From Octopus sinensis (Eukaryota), in the NCBI RefSeq assembly GCF_006345805.1, contig NC_043001.1:26288001-26352000 (forward strand): a DNA stretch of 64,000 bases, given 5' to 3'. Positions within the stretch are counted from its first letter, which is position 1, and each line of letters opens with the position of its first letter. The notes under the pieces were generated by a model. It saw nothing but the letters and a program-made list of their open reading frames with translations, had not been told where the DNA came from and did no database searches. The position numbers were made by a program, and so were the translations under genes. Positions 11,953 through 25,548 of this stretch are shown here, in pieces.

Positions 11953-13020
11953 AGAATCATGGCATTTATTTCTAAGCTTGACATATAATACTGCAGCTTA
12001 TGTTTTATGATAATTCTTTAGAAATTGTGAGTTAGTAGTTGAAACATTTACACCTATAAGTGCTGAGATAGAGATGTGATTTGAAACTAATTAAATTACA
12101 AATAAAATACAAGAAAATTTTAGTAGCAAGCAAACTTTATAGCAACTCAAATTGCTGGAAATAAAACCAACTTATTCTTGGTATCATGAATGGGATTATC
12201 AAAACATTATACTTTTTTTACAACAGAATTAGAATTTGATTCCAAATATAAATTAACATTATTACATATAATTGTAATTCTATAATTTCACAAATAACAA
12301 ATGAAGAGAATAGTTAGAGAGATTGCTTCATAACGTTCTCATTAAAGGACAGATATATAAAAGATGTTAGTAGGATATTTTCATTTTTTGAAATTTAAAC
12401 CAAAACTTAATCAATCATTTAACTTTTTCTCTGAATATTTCCATCAATTATACATCTAACCTAGACATACAAAATATCTGATAATGAAGGAAGCTGTTAC
12501 TATTATAATAATCAAATTTTTTAACACAAAACAGTTGGTTGATTTCTCACACAACCAACAGTTTCGTTATTTTCAAAGAAAGTTCTTGTTTAAATTAAAA
12601 GCTGAAGTTTTTCAGCACTAACAATGAAATATCACATCACATAATAATTAAAATAATCCCATATTTGATTAAATTTTAATTGCAATCATTCTTGTTGCAT
12701 GACATCTCCAAATTAGCAATCACTGACAACACCAAAATGTATTCTAGATCTTCATAGGAGATGAAAACAAAAATTGTCTTTGTAGTATAGGATATTAGAC
12801 ATGATACTCAGAGCTGCTTGATGCCAGTTCAAACTGAAAGTATGCACAAATGAATTTATAAATAGAAATGTATTTAATAATTATAATTTCTAAATGGATT
12901 ATTAGTAGAATTGAATAAACAAAATTCATGAAGTACAGTGAATGGAATCACTAACAGCTATGAAAACTGGGTTACAGGATTGCTGAAAACAGAGTGACAA
13001 AAGGGTCTCATATGTGTAAT

Positions 13021-13440
13021 CACCATCATCATTGTTTAACGTCCGCTTTCCATGCTGGCATGGGTTGGACAATTCGAGTGGGGTCTGGGAAGCCAGGAGG
13101 CTGCACCAGGCTCCAGTCTGATCTGGTAGTGTTTCTACAGCTGGATGCCCTTCCTAACGCCAACCATTCCATGAGTGTAGTGGGTGCTTTTTATGTGCCG
13201 CTGGCACAGGGGCCAGGGTAGGTTGGCAAACGGCCATGATCAGTTGGTGGTTTTACGTGTCACCGACACAGACGCCAGTCAGGCGGCACTGGCAACTGCC
13301 ACGTTCAGATGGTGCTTTTAACGTGTCACTGGCACGAGTATCTTAACTACAATTTCCATTTGATTTTCATTTTGATGTTGGTGTTAACGTACTTGACTCA
13401 ATAGGTCTCCTCTAGAACAGCGGGTTACTCTATGATCCAA
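13021..13440 (-). mobile_element. Family A retroposon with extended 5' part
   Basis: Tail, three modules, and a GTACTTGACTCAATAGGTCTCC block shared with the copy at 36.5 kb. Confidence 0.9.
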
Positions 13441-14659
13441 GGTTAGCACTTCAGAAAAGGATCAGACTCAATGTAGAAAATATTTGAGTGACTAAGATTA
13501 TTCATGCAATTAGTAGACAAAAGTACCTCAAATGGTAATTAAAATCTAAACACAACAAGCAAGAGAGACAGCTTTTATAAAATTGTTGGAAAATAAAGAT
13601 GACTCTAGTTTTGTCTAATCAATGACTACTCAACCTCTCAAGGTTGCTACCACAAAAAATGCACCCAATATACCTCTGTATAGGTGTTGACATAAGGAAG
13701 GGCATCCATCCATAGAAACCAAGCTAAAATGAGCATATGAGCACCTAAGCTGAGGGAGCTGTTACTCCCAATAGGAGGAAACTGGGACAGTGATGACCTG
13801 TCCAACCAATGGATAGCAAATGTATATGATGATGGGAGTGGATCTTGCCTTTGAAGCCAACTGTTGATATTGTTTGAGCATTCCATTATTTATTCTGTCC
13901 TTTTAGCAATAAGCAGCTCAATGGTGACCTCCTACTTGACCAAGAAAATAGCAAGGAAACAGCTGCAGCTTGCCATGTACTGTTGGAGACACTTGGAGCT
14001 GTAGTCAGCTAAGTCATCAAGGAAGCATTACAAAGAACTAAAGTAATCCTTCCCAAACTGATCTAAATAATCTATGGAAGACAGTAGTCTGTGACTGCTA
14101 CATAAACATCAGGTTATGTAGCATGTCTGTCATTCTGTCCAACATAAGTGCAAGAGCTGATATACAATGATTTGGTTATGATTTCAAAAAGATACATAAA
14201 GTCCAGTTGACCTAATACTGGATATCAGAAAGGTCAAGAAGAATGAGAGATCAATCTAGTTGTTGTAAAGTTTTGATATTTTCTACAAACTGATAGTTTA
14301 ATGAAGGGTCTTATGGTCCTGAAATTGAATTTCCTTAAAAAAGAATATTTGATAAAGAATATTTGATAATTTGTGAAATACATCATGTGATTATGCCAAA
14401 ACATCAACCTTCGTTAATAGCTGAACTGCTGAAAATAACAAATTATTAAAACATTTTCAATGTTTAACGAGACATCTCTAATCTATTGTGGCTATATTTT
14501 GATATCATTACATAAACAATTGGAAAGTCAAAAGACAATAATTTTTTTCCTCTCACCACTTTCATCACTGATCATTTTCATTCTTCCCCTTTTAATTTGT
14601 TGATGCTTCAAATACATACATATACTTATATATTATTATTATTATATTATTATTATTAT

Positions 14660-14694
<35 letters not shown>

Positions 14695-15179
14695 ATAGTA
14701 GTAGTAGTAGTAGTAGTAGTGGTAGTGGTGGTGGTGGTGGTGGTGTTACGCACACACATGCATCATTATCATTATTATTATTTTACATGCTTTCAATTTA
14801 GGACAATTTGAAAGGATTTAACAGGTTGGCGAACCACACCTTGCTTTAATGTCTCTTTTGTCATGGTTTCTATGACTGGATGTCCTTACCAACATCAAAC
14901 ACTTTACAGAGTGTACTTTTTAGGCACCAGTACTGTTAGAGGTTGCCTTGCAGCTTGCTAAGTAAAACAGAGCCTCCATGATGGATTTATTGTGAAAGTA
15001 TGGCTAATGAAGAAATTAACAGAGAGAACAGTGTTGGACTGGAGTAACAGAGCTAGAGGAAAGGGGAAGGGGAAGAGTAATGTTATGAACTGGTGTGGAG
15101 AAGAGTAGGGAGGACAAAGTGATAATGGGGTGGGATGTGAAGGTGGACCAAGTGATGGAGTGAACGAGTCTATGTGCCA

Positions 15180-15540
15180 TACTGCTGTTACGTTGTGAGT
15201 TCAAATTCCGCTGAGGTCGACTTTGCCTTTCATCCTTTCGGGGTCGATAAATTAAGTACCAGTAACGCACTGGAGTCGATGTAATCGATTTAATCCCTTT
15301 GTCAGTCCTTGTTTCTCCCTTCTGTGTTTAGCCCCTTGTGGGTAGTAAAGAAATAGGTATTTCGTCTGCCGCTACGTTCTTGAGTTCAAATTCCGCCAAG
15401 GTCAACTTTGCCTTTCATCCTTTCGGGGTTGATAAATTAAGTACCAGTAACGCACTGGAGTTGATGTAATCAATTTGATCCCTTTGTCTGTCCTTGTTTG
15501 TCCCCTCTATGTTTAGCCCCTTGTGGGTAATAAAGAAATA
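15180..15540 (+). mobile_element. Tandem dimer of SINE family C
   Basis: Two TGAGTTCAAATTCCGC...GGGTARTAAAGAAATA units joined at AAAGAAATA|GGTATTTCGTC (~15356). Confidence 0.9.
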
Positions 15541-16074
15541 TACTTGCAGAGGTTGGACAGTTTGTTGTGATCCAAGACAGTTCTGACTGGAGTTATACTG
15601 GCTTATTATTGAAAGAGAGAGGCAAAGGAGAGACTAACAGAGACGGTGTTAAAGAAAGGAATAATGGGTGGGAACGTGAAAAGTAGTGCCAGGGGGAGTA
15701 GGTGAGAGAAAATTAGAAGATAACAGGATGATGATGGGGAGAAGGAGATGAGTGTTACCCCATGTTATACATGGGTGGATAAAGTGGTGCGTGAAAGAAA
15801 GATAAGATGGATATGGAAAATAGGAGGGAAAATGGAAAGTGGTATCAGGGTATTAGTGAGAGAACATAACAATGATAAGGATGATGTGTATGGGTTGAAG
15901 ATACTTCAACTGATATTAATAATCAGGTTTTGAAAATTTGTAGGTTGACAGCTTGTATCTATGCTAATGTATGCAAGTTTTTCACTGGGTTTGCTATAAG
16001 ATTTTTATTTGATATTACGATACATGGTAGTAGTTATTTTTAGGCCAAAAGTTTTGAAAAGTAACATATATATA

Positions 16075-16246
16075 TTTCGTTTTGGGATTTGGTTTGCAAG
16101 ATTCTTTATGTGAATTTGTGTGTTGAAGCATATTCTGTTGTGTCTGGGGAGGGTCATTTTCTTTTTGTGCCTTATAATTTTACCAGTGAGTGTTAAATTA
16201 TAAGGCACAAAAAGAAAATGACTCTCCCCAGACACAACAGAACATG
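16075..16246. mobile_element. Short hairpin copy of the Penelope-like terminus found in the 0.6-3.2 kb palindrome
   Basis: 16081-16180 matches 620-718; arms ~16129-16180 and ~16195-16246 are inverted. Confidence 0.8.
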
Positions 16247-16538
16247 TGTGCGTGTGTGTGTGTGCATTGGAATGTTGGAATATAGCTAACCAATCATTGC
16301 TATACAAGCCAGTATCATGGTAGATTTCTCACTGATTGTATCTAGGATATGTATCTCTATTTCTGCAGTGTATAATTTCTGCTGTACTACATATCAACAA
16401 CGAATATGGTCCTTTGTCATCTTTTCTGTGAGCTGCAGTTTCTTCAAATCAGTTTCATAACTGTTCACTATTTTGTCCCAAGTTTTTCAAGGTCCCTTCT
16501 TGCAAAGCTTCTCCTAACTTTCAGCACTTCATACACAC

Positions 16539-16781
16539 ACATACCATTGGGAATTCATCTGGCATTAGTGGTAGAATTAGGAATGTATTATCAGAATTTG
16601 TAAATTAGGATGTTTTCTATACCGCTAAACTGAATAGACATACTTAGGGTAGAAGTATAGGAAATATAATTTGGTTTTCTATACCGCTAAACTGAATAGA
16701 CATACTTAGGGTAGAAGTATAGGAAATATAATTTGATACCAGTATTTTAGTTTTTAAAATAAAATCTGTTGGTATTTTATC
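16539..16781. repeat. Dispersed inverted repeat, copy 2, with an internal 62-bp tandem duplication
   Basis: Reverse complement of 11765-11952; GTTTTCTATACCGCTAAAC...ATATAATTTG occurs twice. Confidence 0.9.
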
Positions 16782-16935
16782 CGGTCCCACTTTATTTCCC
16801 ACTGATCCCCACTTCCTGTGCCTCCAAGTATCTCTCCTTCTCTGAGCTACATCTTAGGTTTGCCATACTTCATCTCTAATACTCCCTCATATCTGCTATC
16901 ATTTTCAACACCCTCTAATATTTGCTGTTGATGCT

Positions 16936-17298
16936 TTGTTTGTTTGCTGAGTGAAGCGGTCTTCATGGGAGAAGTCCGAAACATGGTCTTTTGCTATTCG
17001 TAAGACCTGCAGAAGAGAAAGCAGGTCAACCCCCGACACCGAGAGCATCGCCGAATGGATGAATGCGCATCCAGGCTCAGCAGTTGTGTAGAAAGTCGGG
17101 GACAAGAAACAGAAAGAAAGAGTGAGAGAAAGTTGGAGTGAAAGAGTACAACAGGGGTCGCCACCACCCCCTGCCAGAGCCTGGTGGAGCTTTAGGTGTT
17201 TACGCTCAATAAACACACACAACACCCGGTCTGGGAATCGAAACCACGATCCTCCAACCGTGAGTCCGCTGCCCTAACCACTGGGCCATTGCGCCTTC
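16936..17298 (-). mobile_element. tRNA-derived SINE family D, alternative tail (OR1/OR2-like)
   Basis: Head shared with 27269ff but a different 3' half; 13-bp TSD TGYTGTTGATGCT (16923-16935, 17299-17311); (CAAA)n tail. Confidence 0.85.
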
Positions 17299-17889
17299 TG
17301 TTGTTGATGCTCCATCCCACCTTTGTCCCTCCACCATCACTCCTGCACATCTCCAATATTTATCTCTGTCACTGTACATCTCTCCCTCTTCCCAACCCTC
17401 CCAACTCTTCCACTCTGTACATCATCTCCCCATTTTCTGATCTATCTATAGGTTTATTATACTGCTACTCTCCACCTTTTCTATACTACCACTTATCACC
17501 TCCCCCTTGAGCCACTGCTATTTCTTTCACCTTGTCGCCCACACTGTCAATTCACCATTGACCACACCTTTGTTCATTATTCACCACATACGCCTCTACC
17601 CGCTCTTTAACCATCTATCACTCTTCTTTCACACTTGTGTGAACTTACCCACCCACCCACCCTTCCTGATCCACTGTCTCTAGTCTCTTTTGTACTCACT
17701 TTCTTGTACCTCGAGATTATGCTCTGATACCTTATATTCATCTGCTTTATCTTCTTTCCAGTAACTCCCTTATATTATGTGGAGTAGCTATGTATCTTCT
17801 CTATACCTGTGCATATCCCTCCATCATACCTTAGCCTCTCAAAACCTAGCATGACACCACCTTCCTCTCAACTACAGCTCCACTCAGCC

Positions 17890-18378
17890 AGCAAGGTTTT
17901 TTTCTTTTGTCTTGTGAGTTACTTGGTGACCTCTCTAGTGTTGTCATGCAAAAAGCACCCAGTACATTCTGTAAAGTGCTTGGCATGGAAAAGACTAGCA
18001 GCAGTAGAAACCATAACCATGCCAAAACAGACACTAGAGTTTGACACAACCCTCCAACACATTAGATCCTGTCAAACCTATTTCTTTACTGCCCACAAGG
18101 AGCTACAAAGAGAGGGGACAAACAAGGACAGACAGATTAAGTCGATTCCATCAACCCCAGTGCGTAACTGGTACTTAATTTATCAACCCCGAAAGGATGA
18201 AAAGTAAAGTCGACCTCGGCAGAATTTGAACTCAGAACGTAGTGGCAGACGAAATACCGCTAAGCATTTCACCCGGTGTACTAACATTTCTGCCAGCTCG
18301 CCACCTTAATCCATCAAACCATCAAACCCATGCCACCATAGAAGACATATGTTAAATGATGATGATGACGATGATGAT
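17890..18378 (+). mobile_element. Old family A copy interrupted by a minus-strand family C SINE (18079-18307)
   Basis: AAAAAGCACCCAGTAC...CCCATGCCACCATAG...AAATGATGATG split by TATTTCTTT...CTGCCAGCTCGCCACCTT. Confidence 0.8.
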
Positions 18379-18889
18379 GGTGAGGAGGAGGGGGAGGGAG
18401 GGGGGGAAATGCATGTGTGTGTAAGAGATCATTTTAAAGTCCACTTTTCTATGTTTGCATGGTGCAGATGAAGCCCATTGAATCACATTTTCTACAACTG
18501 GATGTCCTTCCTGTCGCCAACCTTCACCTGTTTTCACACCAGACAATATTTCCCTGTGGCTGGACATGTTTTCACAAAAGGTTCAAAAAGAATGAGTCTT
18601 CTTGTATGATGGTGACACTCATTTGCAACTATTGCACAATATTGAAGGAACGCACATGCATATTCATCATACAGGTTTCTTTCAGTTTCTGTCAACCAAA
18701 TCTACTCAAAAGACTTTTTGTCAAACAGGGCTATAAATGAAGACAATTGTCCAAGGTGCCACGTAGTAGGCATGGAGTGAACCACATTGTTGTGAATTGA
18801 ACTTCTCAACCACAAAGCTGTATTTGAACCTAAATTTACGTGGAGAATCGGGGTGTATATTTATAATGGGATAATCTTACCACTTTTGG

Positions 18890-19120
18890 TCCATAGAGAA
18901 GGACATCATGCTCAGAATGGTCAGTGGCAAGAGAGGAAGAGGCCGACCAAGAACCCGCTGGCTTGACACCATCAAGAGTGATACTGGAATGGACATAGCC
19001 AGTCTGAAAGAAGCAGCCCAGGATAGAACTGACTGGAGGACACTGATCCAACGAGTAACCGAGAGTCGACTTCGACTGAGTGGATAGATAGACAGATAGA
19101 TAGATAGATAGATAGATAGA
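18890..19120 (+). mobile_element. 3' end of a BovB-like RTE LINE with a (GATA)n tail
   Basis: Intact frame SIEKDIMLRMVSGKRGRGRPRTRWLDTIKSDTGMDIASLKEAAQDRTDWRTLIQRVTESRLRLSG* followed by (GATA)n. Confidence 0.9.
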
Positions 19121-19576
19121 TATCTTAGCACAGAGAAATTGGAAAACATAATTGATCCATTTCTCTAAAATTTAGGTGTGCATATTATGTTGAACACAGA
19201 CAAAATTTTTGTATAGGAAATATCAGAACCTAACTTTATTTTATGGACTAGACAGAGGAGTGGGAGTTGGTACCCACGACCTTTACAATCCTTCCCAGAC
19301 TTGCATGGTTGATGCAACTGATGTTCAGTTTGAGCATCTGTAAATCAATGTCCAATTTGTACATACCTTTATATACATATAAGTGTACACACATGCACAC
19401 ACAGGAACCAGGCAATTATACAAGTCAGATTTAGATATTTCCAATAGAAAACATTGCTTATGTTCAACATACCATGAACACCTTTATTTTAGAGGATTGG
19501 ATCAATTTTGTACACCAATTGCTATCAGATAAGATTTTTCTCATGGCAGATCAATAAAAAGTCAGTTTTAAGCTGT

Positions 19577-19643
<67 letters not shown>

Positions 19644-20274
19644 GAATTGCACTTGCCATATGGAAATGGTTTCCTTCATCTTTATTAAAAATGTATTGAC
19701 ATATCATATACATTAATAGTAATCTTACTACTGTTACCACAAATAATAATAGTCATTTCTTTTGTAGCCACAGGGGCCTTATACATGCATACAAAACATT
19801 TTATAGAAAATTATTACAAACAAAAATGTTGGAATTCTTCAGTTTGACTGAGCCAGTAAGGTTGAGGCTATGTACTGAAGCACACATACAATAAATGGGA
19901 AAAGGGGCAAAATCATAATACATAAAAACATATTTAAAATGTATGACAACATAAAATGAAAGTACTCATAAAGGATGGGAAATTCCAAACCACCGTCTGC
20001 TTTAGGTAGTTGTCTTTGTAATTATCAGGCAGATTCCAATAACTGGTCTTCTCATATGTATCAGCTTTGCTATTTATCTATGTTATGCTTCTTTTTTTAT
20101 ATCATAATTGATGAACAATAGCATCATTGGTTACAGATTTCCAATGGATTGGTCATTGATGCAATGTATTTCTGATTGCAAGTATGACAAGTGAATGTCC
20201 ACAACTGAATACAATATAACACTTTGTTTGAAAAGCTCTGGTATTTTTAGTTTTCTCACCAATGTTTACATCCT

Positions 20275-20531
20275 TGCTGGTGGTACGTAAAAAGCACCAA
20301 CTGATCATGGCCACTATCAGCCTCCTCTGGCACCTGTGCCGGTAGCACGTAAAAAGCACCCACTACACTCACGGAATGGTTGGCGTTAGGAAGGGCATCC
20401 AGCTGTAGAAATACTGCCAGATCAGACTAGAGCCTGGTGCAGCCTCCTGGCTTCCCAGACCCCGGTTGAACCATCCAATCTGTACTAGCACGGAAAACAG
20501 ACGTTAAACAATGATGATGATGATGATGATG
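20275..20531 (+). mobile_element. Family A retroposon
   Basis: Two modules, GGTTGGCGTTAGGAAGGGCATCCAG core, (GAT)n tail. Confidence 0.9.
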
Positions 20532-20699
20532 ACTGAAGTACATCAGTGAAAACACACATACACATTATGTGCTCTCAAATTTCACAATCCTTGATCAGTC
20601 TGAGCTTATGGTAAAAGATACTTGCTGAGTTACCATACAATGAGATCAATCTGGAACCATGTGATTGTGAAGAAACCCACATAATCATGCTACATCCAC

Positions 20700-21500
20700 C
20701 TTCCATCACCCTTCCTCTGCTTCAAATGAAACTTGAAGAAGTTGATGAGGTTCTCGTCAAAAAAATAGAATTGTGTCCTTATAAATAGAATTTTCTCTGT
20801 TTCAACTGCAACAACTATACATGACTTTCATTATGACCACCAGGGGAAAACTGACAGTCTCACTTTGTGAAAGGATGATAATGAAGCTGAGACTTGGCTG
20901 TATGTCAGATATGTCCTAAACATAATAACAGCTGTACAGGTCAACAATGCTTGGACACAGAACAAATCCATAAAGAACAATTTTGTTGTTTTCTGTGCAC
21001 CTTGAACAGTCACAACTTATTTGCATTTTTATGCTTGTAAAGCTAATCCCAAATTGGCAATGTCTCACAGGTAGGTAGAATTGCCAGGTCAGAGATTTTG
21101 GGAAGTTCAGAAATCATAAGTTCTGAAATGAAAGTCATCCTGAATAGGATGTGCAAATTGGTTTTCATCAATGCCCAGAATCTCCCTGAGAACATCATCA
21201 TTGATATTTGTCACTAATCCAGATGCTGGATGTTCAGTCTTCATCTCCATATGACTCATGATGGTAGCTCCACCAAAGAGATGAGTTGAGAGGGAATCAC
21301 ACCGACTCACAGCCTTTGTGCATGTCTGCATCCCAACTTTCTGTGCAAAGAGCATTGCAGCAGATAAACCTTTTCACAATTGGGACCAACCCTTGTATAA
21401 GAAGCAGAATAGCAGATGCCCTAACTTTATAAGTATAAAGCTGATGTTGGCATTTACATCCTCTGCCTACCACCTTTCAAAGATAGCTTCCTCTCATCCC
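20700..21500 (-). mobile_element. Decayed L1/Tx1-like LINE (post-RT region)
   Basis: Remnants WDERKLSLKG, KLGHLLFCFLYKG, NDDVLREILGIDENQ, KSLTWQFY, LPIWD*LYKH and NLINFFKFHLK, resembling the Tx1 ORF2 C-terminal half. Confidence 0.7.
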
Positions 21501-21544
21501 ATTTCTGACTGAAACTGACTGTTGTACTTGTAACTAGTAATAAC

Positions 21545-21905
21545 AGTTTCAGATTTTAGCACAGGACCAGTAGTTTTAAGGGAGGAGTAAGCCAGTTACA
21601 TCAACCCCAGTATTCAACTGGTATTTATTTTGTTGACCCCCCCCCCATCCCTCCAAAGGGATGAAAGGCAAAGTTGACCTCATCAGAATTTGAACTCAGA
21701 ACACGAAGACAGATGAAATACCACTAAGCATTTTGCTTGGTGTGCTAATGAGTCTGGCAGCTCACCACCTTGTACCCAGTAATAATAACTCTTTCTAATT
21801 TTGGCACAAGGCCAGTAGTTTTAGGGAGAGGGGTCTACTTCATACTACTGACACCAGTACTTGGCAAGTACTTTATTTCATCAACCCCAAAAATTGAAAA
21901 GCAAA
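21545..21905 (-). mobile_element. Two degenerate family C SINEs
   Basis: GATGAAAGGCAAAGTTGACCTC...GAATTTGAACTCAGAAC core; a second partial copy from ~21785. Confidence 0.75.
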
Positions 21906-22788
21906 TAACAGTAGATGTAATACATTAAAGAAGACAAACGTACCAAAGCCTTTTGATAGCTAAAATAAAATTAGACCATGTTAGCAATGATTCCACCATA
22001 GACAAGAGTTATCAATCTTGGTGGCAAAATAGGATATTTTAGAGCCCCTAAAGAACAGAGGGAGAAAAATTAGTTCTTTATCTTCTAAGTCAGAAAAGAT
22101 TTCACTGGCATCCGTGTGAGAGTGAATGTGGTCGTTGGAAAAAGGTATGGTGACATTGTATGGAATTAAGATTTAATGTTTGTATTAAGGGAAACTGATC
22201 AATATTATATACTCTTTAATATATGCCCTTATTCAAATACATACAGATTTCTCTTTAAATAGAAGTTAAACTTCTGAGAGAAAGTAGGGGAGAGAGAAAT
22301 AGACTATCCAGCTGCATACACAATATCCAGGTGTTAAATTGAATTGCTAGTTTACTTATGTGTTGAGAGTTCAAATATTGAAGTGATTTTGAGTAGGACA
22401 TCTACATGCCCCAATTCACTTAGCTACTTAGCTACTAACCTACTAACATTTTTTTAGACTTCAAGTCTACCTGCAAAAGACAAGAAACCATTCTTTTACA
22501 TTTGTTCCAAGAATATCTTGGAGTTATCTTCAACTTGATAACATATGTGTGTGTAAAATAAATAAACAAATATATATATATATACATATAGTAGAAATAT
22601 GTTACAAAAAGAAAATATAAGATACATGTGGAAATGTAAGGGTAAAATATGCAAAATCAACGAAAATGCACATTACAAATTTTAAAAAAAGGCTTTTTAT
22701 GACAGGTAACAACAAATATATACATTTAGATGGACTGAGGTAGTAATAAGAGTCATAAAAGTCATTATGAGATGATTATAAGATGATA

Positions 22789-22819
<31 letters not shown>

Positions 22820-22820
22820 C

Positions 22821-22859
<39 letters not shown>

Positions 22860-23099
22860 ACACACACACACACACACAATTATATATTAATTTAAGAAGT
22901 ACATATAATTGTGTTGACATACTTATGAACATTATTTAGTAAGCATTTATATGCAAAGCAAGTGGAATGCTCTCAAATGAGAAAATATAAGTATAGAAAA
23001 ATCAATTTCAGAGATAATGATAATTTCCATTGCATGTTTTCCCTTATCCTTGCTCCATTGGGAATTTCAGTAGTTTTAAGCAAGCCATAAATTTATATA

Positions 23100-23800
23100 C
23101 AGACACTCCCCTATTTATGAATGGGATAAGTTCCTGGAGTTGGTTTGTGAGTCCAAATGTTTGACATTATTCCTGTTGATACTTAATACTGTACACGGCA
23201 TTGTATAAAATTTTCATTTGGTACAGTGATACTACAAAAATATTCGACATATTTTACAAGTTCTGTAGAGTATTTTAATATATAAATAGCATAAGAGTAA
23301 TAATAATAATAACAACAAATAATAAGAAAAAAAGCTATTTATACTGTTACTATACTTTCTTTATTCATGGCACTGTCTTGATTACTGGTACTGATGTTGC
23401 TTGCTGGGATTTAGTTGAAAGATGATAAAGGTGGAGATAGAATGTCCTTTGAGTATGAAGAACAGCTGCTGGGAATAATTTTGAAGGCTGTAATAAACTC
23501 CTGTGTGCATACACTGTAATTTTTCTTGTTGGTCTTTCGTCAGCTCATTTTGAAAAATCTATCTCAAGATATCTGCAAAGTTAATTTTTACTTTTCTTCA
23601 AAGCAGGCAATAGCTTTGTAAACAGCTGTAGATGCTTTCATAAATCACTCGGTGTTTGAGTCCTGAAACTCAAATGGGGTTAGTGCCATCTCAATCATGT
23701 TGGAATCTTTAGCAATCTGCTTAAAAAAATTCCACTGTGGTTACCATATCAACACTGGTAGCTTCCCTGCTCACCTTCATATTGTACAAGCTTAACCAAT
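23100..23800 (-). mobile_element. Tigger/pogo-like DNA transposon relic
   Basis: TA-CAGACACTCCCCTATTTATGAATGGG terminus; minus-strand remnants KQIAKDSNMIEMALTPFEFQDSNTE*FMKASTAVYKAIACF and QIS*DRFFK, like a Tigger transposase C-terminus. Confidence 0.65.
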
Positions 23801-24178
23801 TATGGTTAGTAATAAGTGTTTTTATACTAACATTTACATACTATTTAGCCCCAAAATATACAAAGAGAATTATGGCCTTCTGTTGAAATGAATTAAGAGG
23901 CTAATAAGCACGAGGCAATTTCACAGATATGTTAGTCTTGTCTTCTGTTATAACAGATTCTGATCCTCTGAACTTGCAAACCATTGACCACTTTAGTCCA
24001 AATCTGTCCAGTGTGTTCATCTCTCACTTTCTCATTATCTCTATTGCATCTCACCTCTTTCAAAGCCAGCATTAAACACTTGGCTCAATCTTTCCTTCCG
24101 AGAACTGCTTCCAGCAAGAATTATGAACTAGCTTATATTTTTCTGACAGAAGTTCAAGGCGGTTGGATAGCAATTTAA

Positions 24179-24397
24179 CCCTTTTGTTACTAACCCGGCC
24201 AAAACCGGCTCTGGCTCTGTGGTAAAATGTCCTGCTTCATAAGTTTTGAATTAAAATATCCCACCAAGCCTTAGTCACAATTTACGTTCCTAACACTAGC
24301 TGAATGATAATTAAGTTATTTTACTAAATTCTTTGTTATATTTAAAATAATTGAAAGAAACACAGAGCATCTCAAAATAAATACAGTAACGAAAGGG
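24179..24397. mobile_element. piggyBac-like MITE, family 1
   Basis: TTAA duplications (24175-24178, 24398-24401); TIRs CCCTTTTGTTACT / AGTAACGAAAGGG; homologous to 38366 and 51999. Confidence 0.9.
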
Positions 24398-24531
24398 TTA
24401 AGCAAATCCACTGCTGGCAGATTCAGTTTTAAAAGACTTTATGAACATTGAATATGAAAAGAAATGTGAATTATTTAAATGATAAATGGTGCAGACAGAC
24501 ATGAGATTGACCTTTTTCCAATGAAATAAGC

Positions 24532-25548
24532 CAGAATGTAGATGAATAAGATTGACAAGTTTGAAAAATTATGACACTTCAAATCAAGAAAAAGTAGATT
24601 AATATGCAAGATAATATATTAAGTATGTCCTGTTGTACCACTATCAATAAATAATGCTATAACCACTAGGACTCTAAAAGATATCTGTGAGAGAAAGTGG
24701 TGTGCGTGTGTGTGTGTGAGAGATGGGTATATTGTCGCCATTTTATATTTTTCATTTCGCAGATGCACACTCTTTTTGATTTTGTCAACTACACAGTATA
24801 GTAGGGTCAGTTGGGCACTGTCTGTAAAAAAAAAAAAAACAGCACCATAATGCAATTCACTTGGTCAGAAATTTGAAAATGACATGCTGTACTGCTTGGC
24901 ATTCACACCTGAAGCTCCAATATGAACATTTCAGAGTGTTCAGGTGTCAATCTGAGGACATGTGCCAAGAGTGACAAAAATCAAACATGCAGTCAACATC
25001 ATGGGCAACATTGAGTCTCACATGGCCTAAGACTCAACACAGAAGCCTACATCAAGTGCCTGGAGAAGGTAGTGCTGCCCTGCGTGAAGAGGATGGCTAC
25101 TGGAAGACCCTATGTCTAGCAACAGGACTCAGCACCATGCCACACAAGCAGGAGAACCTAGTCGTGGCTGTCAGACAATTTCTGCGACTACATCACCTCT
25201 AACATCTGACCACCTAATTCCCCAGACTGCAACTCCCTTGATTATTATGCGTGGGGTGCAGTTGAGTGAGAGATCAACAAAACTCCTTGTAACATCAAAG
25301 ATGAAATGAAGGCAAGGATTATGGCAGCATTTACCAACTTAAACATGAAGACAGTCCAGAAGAGTTGCAGGAGATTCCAAAGTCTGGAGGCTGTGGTTGA
25401 AGCCAATGGTGATTTTATTGAATAAATTTACTCTTTAATATTTTCAGATATTTTTATGCAATTTTGGTAAATATATGTGTTAAAATGAGATGTCAGTGTT
25501 ATTTTCATTTTTGTGTAATTTAAACGACAGTTTATTCACCACACCCTG
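24532..25548 (+). mobile_element. maT (DD37D) Tc1/mariner transposon relic
   Basis: ~25018-25425 reads ...RPYV*QQDSAPCHTSRRT*SWLSDNFCDYITSNI*PPNSPDCNSLDYYAWG...EAVVEANGDFIE*, with 37 residues between the catalytic Asps; 3' TIR ends CACCACACCCTG; degenerate 5' TIR at 24532. Confidence 0.85.
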
